From: Alphaproteobacteria bacterium
GTDB taxonomy: Bacteria > Pseudomonadota > Alphaproteobacteria > Bin95
DNA length: 64,000 nt
Assembly: GCA_963665325.3 (NCBI GenBank)
Contig: CAXXWS020000002.1
Location: forward strand, 640,001 to 704,000
Direction of reading: 5' to 3'
The notes beneath the pieces are model-generated. The model saw only the letters and a program-made list of their open reading frames with translations. It made no database searches and was not told where the DNA came from. Positions 29,436 to 38,185 of the stretch are shown here, piece after piece. Each line of letters begins with the position of its first letter. Within the stretch, counting starts at the first letter, position 1. A program made the translations under genes and the position numbers.

Positions 29436-30800
29436 ATGACGAAACAACTCACCCTGGTCGTGAAGCGCGACTGCCCGACCTGCACCCTGCTGGAGCCGGT
29501 CTATGCCGCGCTCGCGGCCTCCGGCATCGCGCTCGATGTCTGGACGCAGGACGATCCCGCCTTCCCGGAGAGCCTGTCCGGACAGCTGGACGAGGGGCTC
29601 GAGCGGTCCTTCCGGCTCGGCGTCGAGATCGTGCCGACCCTGATCCGGCGCGAGGACGGCGAGGAAGTCGAGCGAACCTGGGGCTGGGACCGCGCCGAGT
29701 GGGAACGGCTGACCGGCCTCGAAGGGCTCGGGACGGACCTGCCGCCCTTCCGGCCGGGCTGCGGCGCGAAGAATGTCGAGCCGGGTATGCCGGAGGCGCT
29801 GGCGGCGCGCTTCGGCTCGGCGCGGCTCAGGTCCCGCCGGGTGCCGCTGGCGCCGCTGGAGGACGAGATCGAGGCGGCTTACGACCGCGGCTGGTCGGAC
29901 GGGCTGCCGGTGGTGCCGCCGACGGAAGCGCGGGTGCTTGCGATGCTCGACGGCACCGCGCGCGACCCGGGCGAGGTGGTGGGCATGGTGCCGCCGAACC
30001 TCCAGCCCTGCACGGTGGAGAAGGTAGCGGTCAACGCCGTGATGGCCGGCTGCAAACCGGAATACCTGCCTCTGGTGCTGGCGGCGGTTGAGGCGGCGCT
30101 GGACGACAGCTTCTGCATGCACGGCGTGCTTGCGACGACCTATTACATCGGCCCCATCGTCATCGTGAACGGCCCGGTGCGCCGCGCTATCGGCATGAAC
30201 GCGAAGGGCAATGTGCTCGGGCAGGGCAACCGCGCCAACGCCACCGTCGGCCGCGCGCTGCAGCTGGTCGTGCGCAATGTCGGCGGCGGCAAGCCGCAGG
30301 GCGTGGATAGGGCGGCGCTCGGCAATCCCGGCAAATACACCTTCTGTTTCCCCGAGGACGAGGAGGGTTCCGCCTGGCCGCCGCTCTCCGAGAGCCGGGG
30401 CGCGGGAGCCGGGCGTTCGGCGGTCACGCTGTTTGCGGGCTACGGCGTGATGGGCGTGGTGGACCAGGATTCGCGCACGCCTGAGGCGCTGGTCGAGACC
30501 TTCGCCGATGTCTTCTGCGGCCTTGAGAACCGGAACCGGCGCAATATCGACGCCGTGGTTATCGTCTCGCCGGAGCATGACCGCGTGTTCCGGGACGGCG
30601 GCTGGTCGCGCGAGGACCTGGAGGCGGCGCTCCGCAAGTCGCTCGACGAACCGGAACACAGCACGCCCAAGCTGCGCGAGGGCGGCCTGCTGATCGTCCG
30701 CGCCGGCGGCGGCGCGGGCATGTTCTCCGCTATTCTTCCCGGCTGGGCCGCCACCGGCCCGGTCGGCAGCATTCCCGTAACGAAGGAGGTTGGAACATGA
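29436..30800 (+). CDS. thioredoxin-domain (CxxC) protein fused to a conserved domain found next to UGSC proteins
   Basis: N-terminal KRDCPTC and VP thioredoxin-like features, RPGCG linker, then GWSDGLPVVPPT, AVMAGCKPEY and RANATVGRA. Confidence 0.82.
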   Translation: MTKQLTLVVKRDCPTCTLLEPVYAALAASGIALDVWTQDDPAFPESLSGQLDEGLERSFRLGVEIVPTLIRREDGEEVERTWGWDRAEWERLTGLEGLGTDLPPFRPGCGAKNVEPGMPEALAARFGSARLRSRRVPLAPLEDEIEAAYDRGWSDGLPVVPPTEARVLAMLDGTARDPGEVVGMVPPNLQPCTVEKVAVNAVMAGCKPEYLPLVLAAVEAALDDSFCMHGVLATTYYIGPIVIVNGPVRRAIGMNAKGNVLGQGNRANATVGRALQLVVRNVGGGKPQGVDRAALGNPGKYTFCFPEDEEGSAWPPLSESRGAGAGRSAVTLFAGYGVMGVVDQDSRTPEALVETFADVFCGLENRNRRNIDAVVIVSPEHDRVFRDGGWSREDLEAALRKSLDEPEHSTPKLREGGLLIVRAGGGAGMFSAILPGWAATGPVGSIPVTKEVGT

Positions 30801-31318
30801 GGAACACACCGGTGCTGGTCGATCCGACCGGCGAAGTCGAGCCGGCGCGGCGCGAGCCGCTGGCCCGGCCGGCCTCGCTGGACGGCAAGACCGTGGCCCT
30901 GCTCGACATTTCCAAGGCGCGCGGCGATGTTTTTCTCGACCGCCTGCATATGCGTCTCGACGAGCAGGGCATCGAAGTGAAGCGCTACATGAAGCCGACC
31001 TTCGCCCGCACGGCGCCGATCGCCGTCAAGCAGCAGATCGCTTCCGAGGCTGCCCTTGTCGTCGAAGGGCTGGCCGATTGAGGCTCCTGCACATCGTGCT
31101 GTACGCATGATATTGCAGATTTGGAAGCGCGCGGCGTCGTCGGAGTGGGCGTGGCGACCACGGAGTTCGTGGAGGCGTGGCAGGCGCAGTCCGCCGCCCT
31201 CGGCTACGAGCCGCCCATGATCTTCGTGCCGCACCCGATCCAGGACCGCACCGACGCTGAAATCCAGGCGCTGGCGGACGCCGCCGTCGAGGAGATCGTA
31301 GGCCGCCTCACCGCTTGA
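30797..31318 (+). CDS. UGSC-family selenoprotein (TGA at 31079-31081 read as Sec)
   Basis: ORFs 30797-31081 and 31121-31318 share one frame; reading through gives EGLAD-U-GSCTSCCTHD...HPIQDRT. Confidence 0.85.
31088..31117 (+). promoter_or_regulatory. bacterial SECIS-like stem-loop
   Basis: ATCGTGC-TGTAC-GCATGAT (7-bp stem with one G-U pair, GT in the loop) begins 11 nt after the TGA; a lower TGCA/TGCA pairing is possible. Confidence 0.65.
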
Positions 31319-32285
31319 GCCCGGCGACCATCCGCTCCGCGAGGGCGCGGGCTTCGGTTCGGTTCGTCGGGATCGTGCCGGTGGGGCCGCGGGCGGCCCA
31401 GCCTACGGCGTGGAGGCCGGGTTCGATTTCCGGGCCTGTGGGCCGGACGCCGTCAACGGGGGCCTTTTCGTAGCCGATGCAGGTGACGGCGAGGTCGGCC
31501 GGCAGGATGCCCCGGTTGGTCTCCACCGCTTCCAGACGGCCCGCGCCGAGGAAGGCGGTCGCCTGCGTGCGGAAGTGGAAGCGGATCGGGATGCCGCGGC
31601 CCTGCGGGCGGGCTGCAAACTCCTTCAGGATGTCGGCAGCCTCGCTGCTCGCTTCCCCGAAGGCGTCCAGTTGGGGCCATGCCGCCGCGAGTTCTCCGAT
31701 TTCGACAAGTTCGGACGGCGTGAAGCGCACGTTTTCGGGGCCGCCTCGTATCAGCAGGTCGATGCGCTCCAGCGCCAGCGGGTTCAGGCAATCGATCTCG
31801 CCGTACTTGGCAAGCAGGCGCACCGCATCGAGCGCCACATTGCCGGCGCCGATGACAACCGCGCGCCTCACGCCCGCGAGGCGGGGCGGCGGGGCGGCTT
31901 CGGGGTGGCCGTTGATCCAGCGGATGAAGCGGCCCGAAGGTTCGGCCAGCTCTTCGCCGGGGACGCCCAGCCTGCGGTCCACCGGCGCGCCGGTCGCCAG
32001 CGCTACGGCATCGTAGTCGCGGCGGAGGGAGGCGAGGCTTATGTCGCGCCCGACCTCGACGCCGAGATGGAGCCGGGCCGCCCGCTTGTCGAACGGCCGC
32101 TGCAGCACGCGGGAAATGGCGCGGGTCGCTTCATGGTCCGGCGCCACGCCGAAACGCACCAGGCCGAACGGTTCGTCCAGCCGCTCGAACACGTCGATGA
32201 CGGCGCCCCGCATGGCGCGGGCGAGCGCATCCGCCAGATAGCAGCCTGCCGGCCCCGATCCGACGATCGCGAAACGCGCCGTCAA
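31308..32285 (-). CDS. FAD/NADPH ferredoxin(flavodoxin) reductase, adrenodoxin-reductase/FprA type
   Basis: VGSGPAG, PFGLVRFGVAPDH, VIGAGNVALD and GWAARGPTGTI motifs; overlaps the boxB stop. Confidence 0.87.
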   Translation of the reverse strand: MTARFAIVGSGPAGCYLADALARAMRGAVIDVFERLDEPFGLVRFGVAPDHEATRAISRVLQRPFDKRAARLHLGVEVGRDISLASLRRDYDAVALATGAPVDRRLGVPGEELAEPSGRFIRWINGHPEAAPPPRLAGVRRAVVIGAGNVALDAVRLLAKYGEIDCLNPLALERIDLLIRGGPENVRFTPSELVEIGELAAAWPQLDAFGEASSEAADILKEFAARPQGRGIPIRFHFRTQATAFLGAGRLEAVETNRGILPADLAVTCIGYEKAPVDGVRPTGPEIEPGLHAVGWAARGPTGTIPTNRTEARALAERMVAGLKR

Positions 32286-33706
32286 TGCAGCTTCACATAT
32301 TCGTAGTCGACCGGCTTGCCGTCGATGCCGCGCGCGGGCGGGGCGATCCAGCCCGCCATCTTTCCGGGCTCGGTGACGGCGTGCATCAGCGAATGGATAT
32401 AGGCCTTGTCCTCGTCCGTCGGCAGCCAGCCGGGCAGATTGCGGCGGTAGAGGTCGTCGGCCATCGGCGCGCCGTCGGGGGCGACGGGCGCGCCGGCCCA
32501 GCGGCCGATAGTGCGGCGGAAGCGCGTCGAGGGCAGGAAGAGTTCGGCGTCGAAGCCGGCGCGCTTTATCGTCCGGTTCCAGCGGGTCATGCCGATGGCG
32601 CAGTCCTTCACATAGAGCCCGCGCGTGATCTCGTTCATCGCGTTGCGGGTCGGCACCTCCTCCTCAGCGACGCCGCCCGCGCCGTCGGGGACCGCGATGC
32701 GCTCGGCGGTATCCAGGCAGAGATGGTCCTCGAAAGTCGCCTCGTCGGGCCGGCCCTTCAGGCCCGCGGCGAAATAGGTCGCAGCGTTCGACGAGGTCTC
32801 GGAGCCGAACAGGTCGAGCGAGGAGGAGAACCAGAAGTTGATGTAGCGCTGGAGCGTCGGCAGGTCGATGGCGCCCTGGGCGCGCACGGCGTCCGGGTCG
32901 TCCGTGCCGAGCGCCTGCATGACTTCGAGCGTGCGCCTGACGATCCGCCCGATGCCGGTCTCGCCGACGAACATGTGGTGGGCTTCCTCGGTCAGCATGA
33001 AGGAGCAGGTGCGCGCCAGCGGGTCGAAGGCGGACTCCGCGAACGACTTCAGTTGGTACTTGCCGTCCCGGTCGGTGAAATAGGTGAACATGAAGAAGGA
33101 GAGCCAGTCGTCGATGGGCTCGTTGAAGGTGGTCAGGATGCGCGGATTGTCCGGGTCGCCCGAATGGCGGTAGAGCAACTCCTCTGCCTCCTCGCGCCCG
33201 TCGCGCCCGAAATGGGCGTGCAGCAGATAGACCATCGCCCAGAGGTGGCGGCCCTCCTCGACATTGACCTGGAAGAGGTTGCGCAGGTCGTAGAGCGACG
33301 GGCAACTGTGCCCGAGGCGGCGCTGCTGCTCGACGGAGGCGGGCTCGGTGTCGCCCTGCGTCACGATCAGGCGGCGGAGTGCCGCGCGGAACTCGCCTGG
33401 AACCTCCGGCCAGACCGGCTTGCCCATCTCGTCGCCGAAGCCGATGCGGCGGTCCTGTTCCGGCTCGGCCAGGAAAATGCCCCAGCGGTAGTCCGGCATC
33501 CGCACATAGCCGAAGCTCGCCCAGCCTCTCGCATCGACCGCCGTCGCCGTGCGCAGATAGACATCCGCAGCCTGGTAGCCCTCCGGCCCGAGCTCGGTCC
33601 ACCAGTTGAGGAAACGGGGCTGCCAGTGCTCCAGCGCGCGCTGGAGGCGCCGGTCGCCGGAAAGATCGACATTGTTGGGGATGCGCCCCTTGTAATCGAC
33701 AGCCAT
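32282..33706 (-). CDS. boxB: benzoyl-CoA 2,3-epoxidase, diiron subunit
   Basis: IPNNVDL, MPDYRWGIFL, QGDTEPASVEQQ, VEEGRH, TDRDGK and TEEAHH diiron motifs; start at ATG 33706. Confidence 0.96.
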   Translation of the reverse strand: MAVDYKGRIPNNVDLSGDRRLQRALEHWQPRFLNWWTELGPEGYQAADVYLRTATAVDARGWASFGYVRMPDYRWGIFLAEPEQDRRIGFGDEMGKPVWPEVPGEFRAALRRLIVTQGDTEPASVEQQRRLGHSCPSLYDLRNLFQVNVEEGRHLWAMVYLLHAHFGRDGREEAEELLYRHSGDPDNPRILTTFNEPIDDWLSFFMFTYFTDRDGKYQLKSFAESAFDPLARTCSFMLTEEAHHMFVGETGIGRIVRRTLEVMQALGTDDPDAVRAQGAIDLPTLQRYINFWFSSSLDLFGSETSSNAATYFAAGLKGRPDEATFEDHLCLDTAERIAVPDGAGGVAEEEVPTRNAMNEITRGLYVKDCAIGMTRWNRTIKRAGFDAELFLPSTRFRRTIGRWAGAPVAPDGAPMADDLYRRNLPGWLPTDEDKAYIHSLMHAVTEPGKMAGWIAPPARGIDGKPVDYEYVKLH

Positions 33707-35328
33707 CACACGCGCCTCCAGTCGAAGCCCGGCTTTGCGCCGGAGCCGAAGCGTTTGAGCGCGCCCTCTTCGCCGACGGCGTTTGGGCGGCTGAATATCC
33801 AGTTTTGCCAGGCCGAGAGCCGGCCAAATATCTTGGTGGCCAGCGTTTCCGCCCCGCCGAAGCGCAGGCTCGCTTCCATGCCCGTCAACGCATCCGGCGA
33901 AAGCGCCGCGCGCTCCTCCAGCGCGATACGCACCTCGTCCTCCCAGTCGAGTTCGTCGGGAGCGAAGGTCACGAGGCCGGCGGCAAGTGCCTCTTCCGGC
34001 CCGAAAGATTCGGCCTTGAACTCCGGGACCGCGCCTGAAAAGCGGCAGTCGAGGCGCGTGCGCCCGTTTGCTGTTTCGAGGCCGCCGCGGTTCAGCGCGC
34101 CGAGCGCGATCCGGGGCGCGGTCTGCGGCTCGTCGAGGGGGAGGAACATGAAGCTGCGGTCGGCGGCGAGCGCGAGTTCCAGCAGCGGGCCGGCGAAGCA
34201 GGAGCCGGGCTCGACGAGCGCGATCAGCGAGCGCGAGGTCACGTCCAGCCGAGCGAGCGCGCGCCGCCACCAGGCGACGGTCTCGCGCAGGAACCGGTCC
34301 GTTTCGACGCCCTCGGCCAGCAGCGCATCCACGGCAAGCAACGCCTCCGGGTCGCCCTCGGTTCTCAGCACCCAGGCGCCGACCTGCTCGTGATTGGTGC
34401 GCAGCATCAGCACCGCGTCTTCGAGTTCGCGCGCGGCGGCAAGCGGCCACCAGCCGGCAGAGCGTTCCACCGCAACCGGGCCGGAGGGACCCAAGACCGT
34501 GATTTCCGCCAGCCGCCGTGCGTCGTCGATCCGCACGCGCACATTCGGGTAGCGGTATCCGTCCGGTTCGATATGCCGTTCCAGCGGCGAGAGCGCTACT
34601 GGATCGCCGGCGGGCAGGCCCGGCCGGGAGGCGAGTTCCTCCGCGCGCGCCCTGACCGCGGCCTCGAAGCGCTGCGGCGGTGCGGTGCGGTCCACCAGGC
34701 CCCATTCGAGCGCGCGGCGCCCGCGCGCCCCGTCGGGGTCGGTGCAGATTACGTCGGCGAGGTCGCGGCGCACGCGGCGCTTGTCGGTGATGCGCGTCAG
34801 GCCGCCCGTGCCCGGCAGCACGCCCAACAGGGGGACTTCCGGAAGGCTGACTGCGCTCGACCTGTCGTCCACCAGCCAGATCTCGTCGCAGGCCAGCGCC
34901 AGCTCGTAGCCGCCGCCCGCCGCCGTGCCGTTGCAGGCCGCGATGAAGGCGATGCCGGACCGCCGGCTCGTATCCTCCATGAAGTTGCGGGTCTCGTTGG
35001 TGAAGCGGCAGAAATTGACCTTCGCCGCATGGCTTGACCCGGCGAGCATGTAGATGTTTGCACCGGCGCAGAACATGCGCTCCATGCCGCTGGTCACGAT
35101 GACTGCGCGGACCTGCGGATGCTCGAAGCGCAGGCGGTCGAGGGCGTCGTTCAGCTCGATATCCACGCCGAGATCGTAGGAGTTCTGCTTGAGCTGGTAG
35201 CCCGGACGGAGGCCTCCGTCTTCATCCACCCTGAGCGTGAGCGTTGCGACGGTCCCATCCACGGCAAGCGACCAGTGCCGGTAATGCTCCGGGTCGCGGT
35301 CGTAAGCGATGAGCGTATTGTCGATCAT
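33706..35328 (-). CDS. boxC: 2,3-epoxybenzoyl-CoA dihydrolase
   Basis: YRHW.L, NSYDLGVDIEL, KVNFCRFTNETRN, LPEVPLLGVLPGTGG and RLSAWQNWIF.RPNA. Confidence 0.96.
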   Translation of the reverse strand: MIDNTLIAYDRDPEHYRHWSLAVDGTVATLTLRVDEDGGLRPGYQLKQNSYDLGVDIELNDALDRLRFEHPQVRAVIVTSGMERMFCAGANIYMLAGSSHAAKVNFCRFTNETRNFMEDTSRRSGIAFIAACNGTAAGGGYELALACDEIWLVDDRSSAVSLPEVPLLGVLPGTGGLTRITDKRRVRRDLADVICTDPDGARGRRALEWGLVDRTAPPQRFEAAVRARAEELASRPGLPAGDPVALSPLERHIEPDGYRYPNVRVRIDDARRLAEITVLGPSGPVAVERSAGWWPLAAARELEDAVLMLRTNHEQVGAWVLRTEGDPEALLAVDALLAEGVETDRFLRETVAWWRRALARLDVTSRSLIALVEPGSCFAGPLLELALAADRSFMFLPLDEPQTAPRIALGALNRGGLETANGRTRLDCRFSGAVPEFKAESFGPEEALAAGLVTFAPDELDWEDEVRIALEERAALSPDALTGMEASLRFGGAETLATKIFGRLSAWQNWIFSRPNAVGEEGALKRFGSGAKPGFDWRRV

Positions 35329-35331
35329 ATA

Positions 35332-35362
35332 TGCACTATAATTCCTGTCCGGCCGGGGTCAA
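35332..35362 (-). promoter_or_regulatory. boxC promoter with an overlapping BoxR-like operator
   Basis: Minus strand TTGACC-N16-TATAGT-gcatat-ATG; contains ACAGGAATTATAGTGCA. Confidence 0.65.
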
Positions 35363-36208
35363 CCCTTCGCGGATCATGCGGCGCGCGGTGCGCTCCAGGT
35401 CGTCGAGGCAGTCTTCGAGCGGGCGGCCGGAGGTGTCGAGGCGGGCGTCGGAGCGGGCGTAGTCGGGGCTGCGGGCGGCGAGGATCGCGCGCAGGTCCGC
35501 CATCGCTTCCGGGTTGTCGGCCATCGGACGGCGGTCGCCCTGGGCGGCGACGCGCGCCATGTGCTCCTCGGGCGAGGCCGTCAGCCAGACGGTATGGGTC
35601 CGGGCGAAAAGCAGGTCGAACGTCGCCGCCTCCGCGACGATGCCGCCCGGCGTGGCGATCACCATGCGCTGCCCCCCGTCCACCAACCGATTGAGTGCCC
35701 GATACTCCTGCCGCCGCAGGCCGGGCTGGCCCGACAGGGCCAGGATTTCCGCGACATCGGCGCCGTAGTCCCTTTCGATCTCGCGGGTAAGTTCGACGAA
35801 AGGCCAGTCGAGACGTTTGGCCAGCAACCGGCCGAGCGTCGTCTTTCCGGCCCCCCGCAAGCCTACAAGCGCAATCCGTTCCGCCTTGTCGGCAGTCCCC
35901 CCGAAGTGGCGTTCCAGCAGCGCGCGGGCGGCGGCCCGGTCCTCGGGGCCGAGCCGCTCCAGCAGGGCGGCTGCAGCGTCGTGGGACGGAGGCGAGAACA
36001 GTGCCGCCAGGTCCACACCTATGGCCCCGCCGATGCGGGCCAGCACGCCTATGGACGGGTTCGCCCTTCCGTTCTCCAACTCCGCGAGATAGCGTTCCGA
36101 TACCGCGCTGTCCCGCGCCAGAATGCGCCGGCTCATCCCGCGCGCGGCCCGGAGCGTGCGCAGCCTTGCGCCAAGCGGCGCGGCGAGGTTTTCCTTGGCG
36201 GCATCCAT
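35336..36208 (-). CDS. boxR: BzdR/BoxR-type regulator (XRE HTH + shikimate-kinase-like domain)
   Basis: VSERYLAELENGRANPS HTH followed by IALVGLRGAGKTTLG P-loop and QGDRRPM; located within the box cluster. Confidence 0.93.
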   Translation of the reverse strand: MDAAKENLAAPLGARLRTLRAARGMSRRILARDSAVSERYLAELENGRANPSIGVLARIGGAIGVDLAALFSPPSHDAAAALLERLGPEDRAAARALLERHFGGTADKAERIALVGLRGAGKTTLGRLLAKRLDWPFVELTREIERDYGADVAEILALSGQPGLRRQEYRALNRLVDGGQRMVIATPGGIVAEAATFDLLFARTHTVWLTASPEEHMARVAAQGDRRPMADNPEAMADLRAILAARSPDYARSDARLDTSGRPLEDCLDDLERTARRMIREGLTPAGQEL

Positions 36209-36230
36209 TACAGGAATTATAATGCAGGAT
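36195..36230. promoter_or_regulatory. bidirectional promoter with a BoxR-like operator
   Basis: Plus strand TTGGCG-N17-TATAAT-N7-ATG(36231); minus strand TATAAT-N7-ATG(36208). Contains ACAGGAATTATAATGCA. Confidence 0.65.
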
Positions 36231-36695
36231 ATGAGCAGCACTGTCACCATCTATGTCGCGACGATGACCGGCACGGCCGATCTCGTCGCCGAGGAAGTCC
36301 AGGCCGCGCTGGAGGACGAGGGCGTGCAGGTGGAGCTCCAGCCGATGGACGATCTCGACGCGGGCGCTTTCGCCGCGCCGGGTCTCTACCTCGTCGTCAG
36401 CTCCACCTACGGCCAGGGCGACGTGCCGGACAACGGCCAGGCGCTTGCGGATGCGCTGGAGCGCGAGCGGCCCGACCTCGCCCATGTCCGCTACGGCCTG
36501 TTCGCACTCGGCGACATGACCTATGCGCGCACCTTCTGCGGCGGCGGCATGACCTTCGACCGGATCCTGAGCGAGCTCGGCGCAAGGCGCGTGGGCGAGC
36601 CGATGCGCCATAATGCGTCCTCCGGCGTCCTGCCCGAGGATGAGGCGGCGGACTGGGCGCGCGCGTGGTATGAAGGCGCCATGGCGGAGGCGTGA
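36231..36695 (+). CDS. flavodoxin (MioC/cindoxin-like)
   Basis: ATMTGTA FMN phosphate loop, SSTYGQGDVPDN and LGD.TY..TFCGG. Confidence 0.9.
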   Translation: MSSTVTIYVATMTGTADLVAEEVQAALEDEGVQVELQPMDDLDAGAFAAPGLYLVVSSTYGQGDVPDNGQALADALERERPDLAHVRYGLFALGDMTYARTFCGGGMTFDRILSELGARRVGEPMRHNASSGVLPEDEAADWARAWYEGAMAEA

Positions 36696-38185
36696 GCGCA
36701 ATGGCCGGTTACAACGCGGCGGCGGACCTGATCGGGCGCAACCTCGCGGCCGGGCGCGGCGCGAAGGCGGCGGTGATCGACAGCCGGGGCGCCCACAGCT
36801 ATGCCGATATCGAGGCTGCGACGAGTCGGTTCGCGCATGCGTTGGCCCGGATGGGTGTGCGGCGCGAGGAGCGCATCCTCCTCTGCCTCAACGACACCGT
36901 GGATTTCCACACCTGCTTCCTTGGCGCCATCAAGGCAGGCGTCGTGCCGGTTCCGGTCAACACACGGCTTACCCGCGACGACTACGCCTTCATGCTGCGC
37001 GATGCCCGCGCGCAGGCGGCCTTCGTTTCGTCAAATCTGGCTCCGGTCTTCGAGGGCCTGCATGACCGCGTGACCCTGGACGGCGGCGGGTTGTCGGAGG
37101 CGATCGCGCCCGAGAGCCCCGTTTTCGCCCCGGCCGACACCGTCGAGGACGAGATGTGCTTCTGGCTCTACACCTCGGGCACGACGGGCCAGCCGAAAGG
37201 CGCGGTGCACCTGCATGGCGACATGGCGCGCACGGCGGACCTTTATGCCGGACCGACGCTGGGCGTGAGCGAAGACGACGTGCTGTTCTCCGCCGCCAAG
37301 CTGTTCTTCGCCTACGGGCTCGGCAACGGCCTGACCTTCCCGATGGCGGCCGGAGCGACAGCCGTGCTGCTCGAAGGTCCGCCAGAGCCGGCGCCGATCT
37401 GCCGTCTGCTGCGAGAGGCGAAGCCTTCGATCTTCTTCGGCGTGCCGACCCTGTTCGCCATGCTGCTGGCGAGCGGCGAGGCGCCGGGGCCGGGCGAGCA
37501 CGGGCTGCGGCTGGCGGTCTCGGCCGGCGAAGCGCTGCCTCCCGAAATCCTGCGCCGCTGGCAGGAGGCCGTCGGCGTGGACATACTGGACGGCCTCGGC
37601 TCGACCGAGATGCTGCATATCTTCATCACCAACTGTGTCGGCGACATCGCGCCGGGGGCTTCGGGGCGCCCGGTGGAGGGCTACGAGGTACGGCTGGTGG
37701 ACGATGACGACCGGGTGATCGAGGAGGCCGGCGCGCTCGGCGCGCTCGAGGTCAAGGGGCCGACCAGCGCGGTGTTCTACTGGAACCGGCGGGCGCGCTC
37801 GACGCAGACCTTCAGGGGCGCATGGACCCGCACGGGCGACAAATACACCCGCGACGAGAACGGCGTTTACGCCTTTGCGGGCCGCGACGACGACATGCTC
37901 AAGGTCGGCGGCATCTATGTGTCGCCCTTCGAGGTCGAAGGCGCACTGCTGAAGCATGAGGCGGTGCTGGAGGCGGCGGTGGTCGGCGCGGCGGACCCGG
38001 ACGGCCTCATCAAGCCCAAGGCCTTCGTGGTTCTGCAGGAGGGCAGGGAGGCCGGGGCGGCGGAGCTCCAGGACTTCGTGCGCGGTCAGCTGGCGTCCTA
38101 CAAGTATCCGCGCTGGGTCGAATTCGTGGACGAACTGCCAAAGACGGCGACGGGCAAGATCCAGCGATACAAGCTCCGCGCATGA
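36692..38185 (+). CDS. bclA: benzoate-CoA ligase
   Basis: FWLYTSGTTGQPKG, FSAAKLFFAYGLGN, SAGEALP, DGLGSTEMLHIF and LPKTATGKIQR. Confidence 0.92.
   Translation: MSAMAGYNAAADLIGRNLAAGRGAKAAVIDSRGAHSYADIEAATSRFAHALARMGVRREERILLCLNDTVDFHTCFLGAIKAGVVPVPVNTRLTRDDYAFMLRDARAQAAFVSSNLAPVFEGLHDRVTLDGGGLSEAIAPESPVFAPADTVEDEMCFWLYTSGTTGQPKGAVHLHGDMARTADLYAGPTLGVSEDDVLFSAAKLFFAYGLGNGLTFPMAAGATAVLLEGPPEPAPICRLLREAKPSIFFGVPTLFAMLLASGEAPGPGEHGLRLAVSAGEALPPEILRRWQEAVGVDILDGLGSTEMLHIFITNCVGDIAPGASGRPVEGYEVRLVDDDDRVIEEAGALGALEVKGPTSAVFYWNRRARSTQTFRGAWTRTGDKYTRDENGVYAFAGRDDDMLKVGGIYVSPFEVEGALLKHEAVLEAAVVGAADPDGLIKPKAFVVLQEGREAGAAELQDFVRGQLASYKYPRWVEFVDELPKTATGKIQRYKLRA

Noticed and set aside
30797-31318. Two separate small genes or a nonsense pseudogene
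   Set aside because: The shared frame, UxxC context and downstream hairpin fit selenocysteine recoding better.
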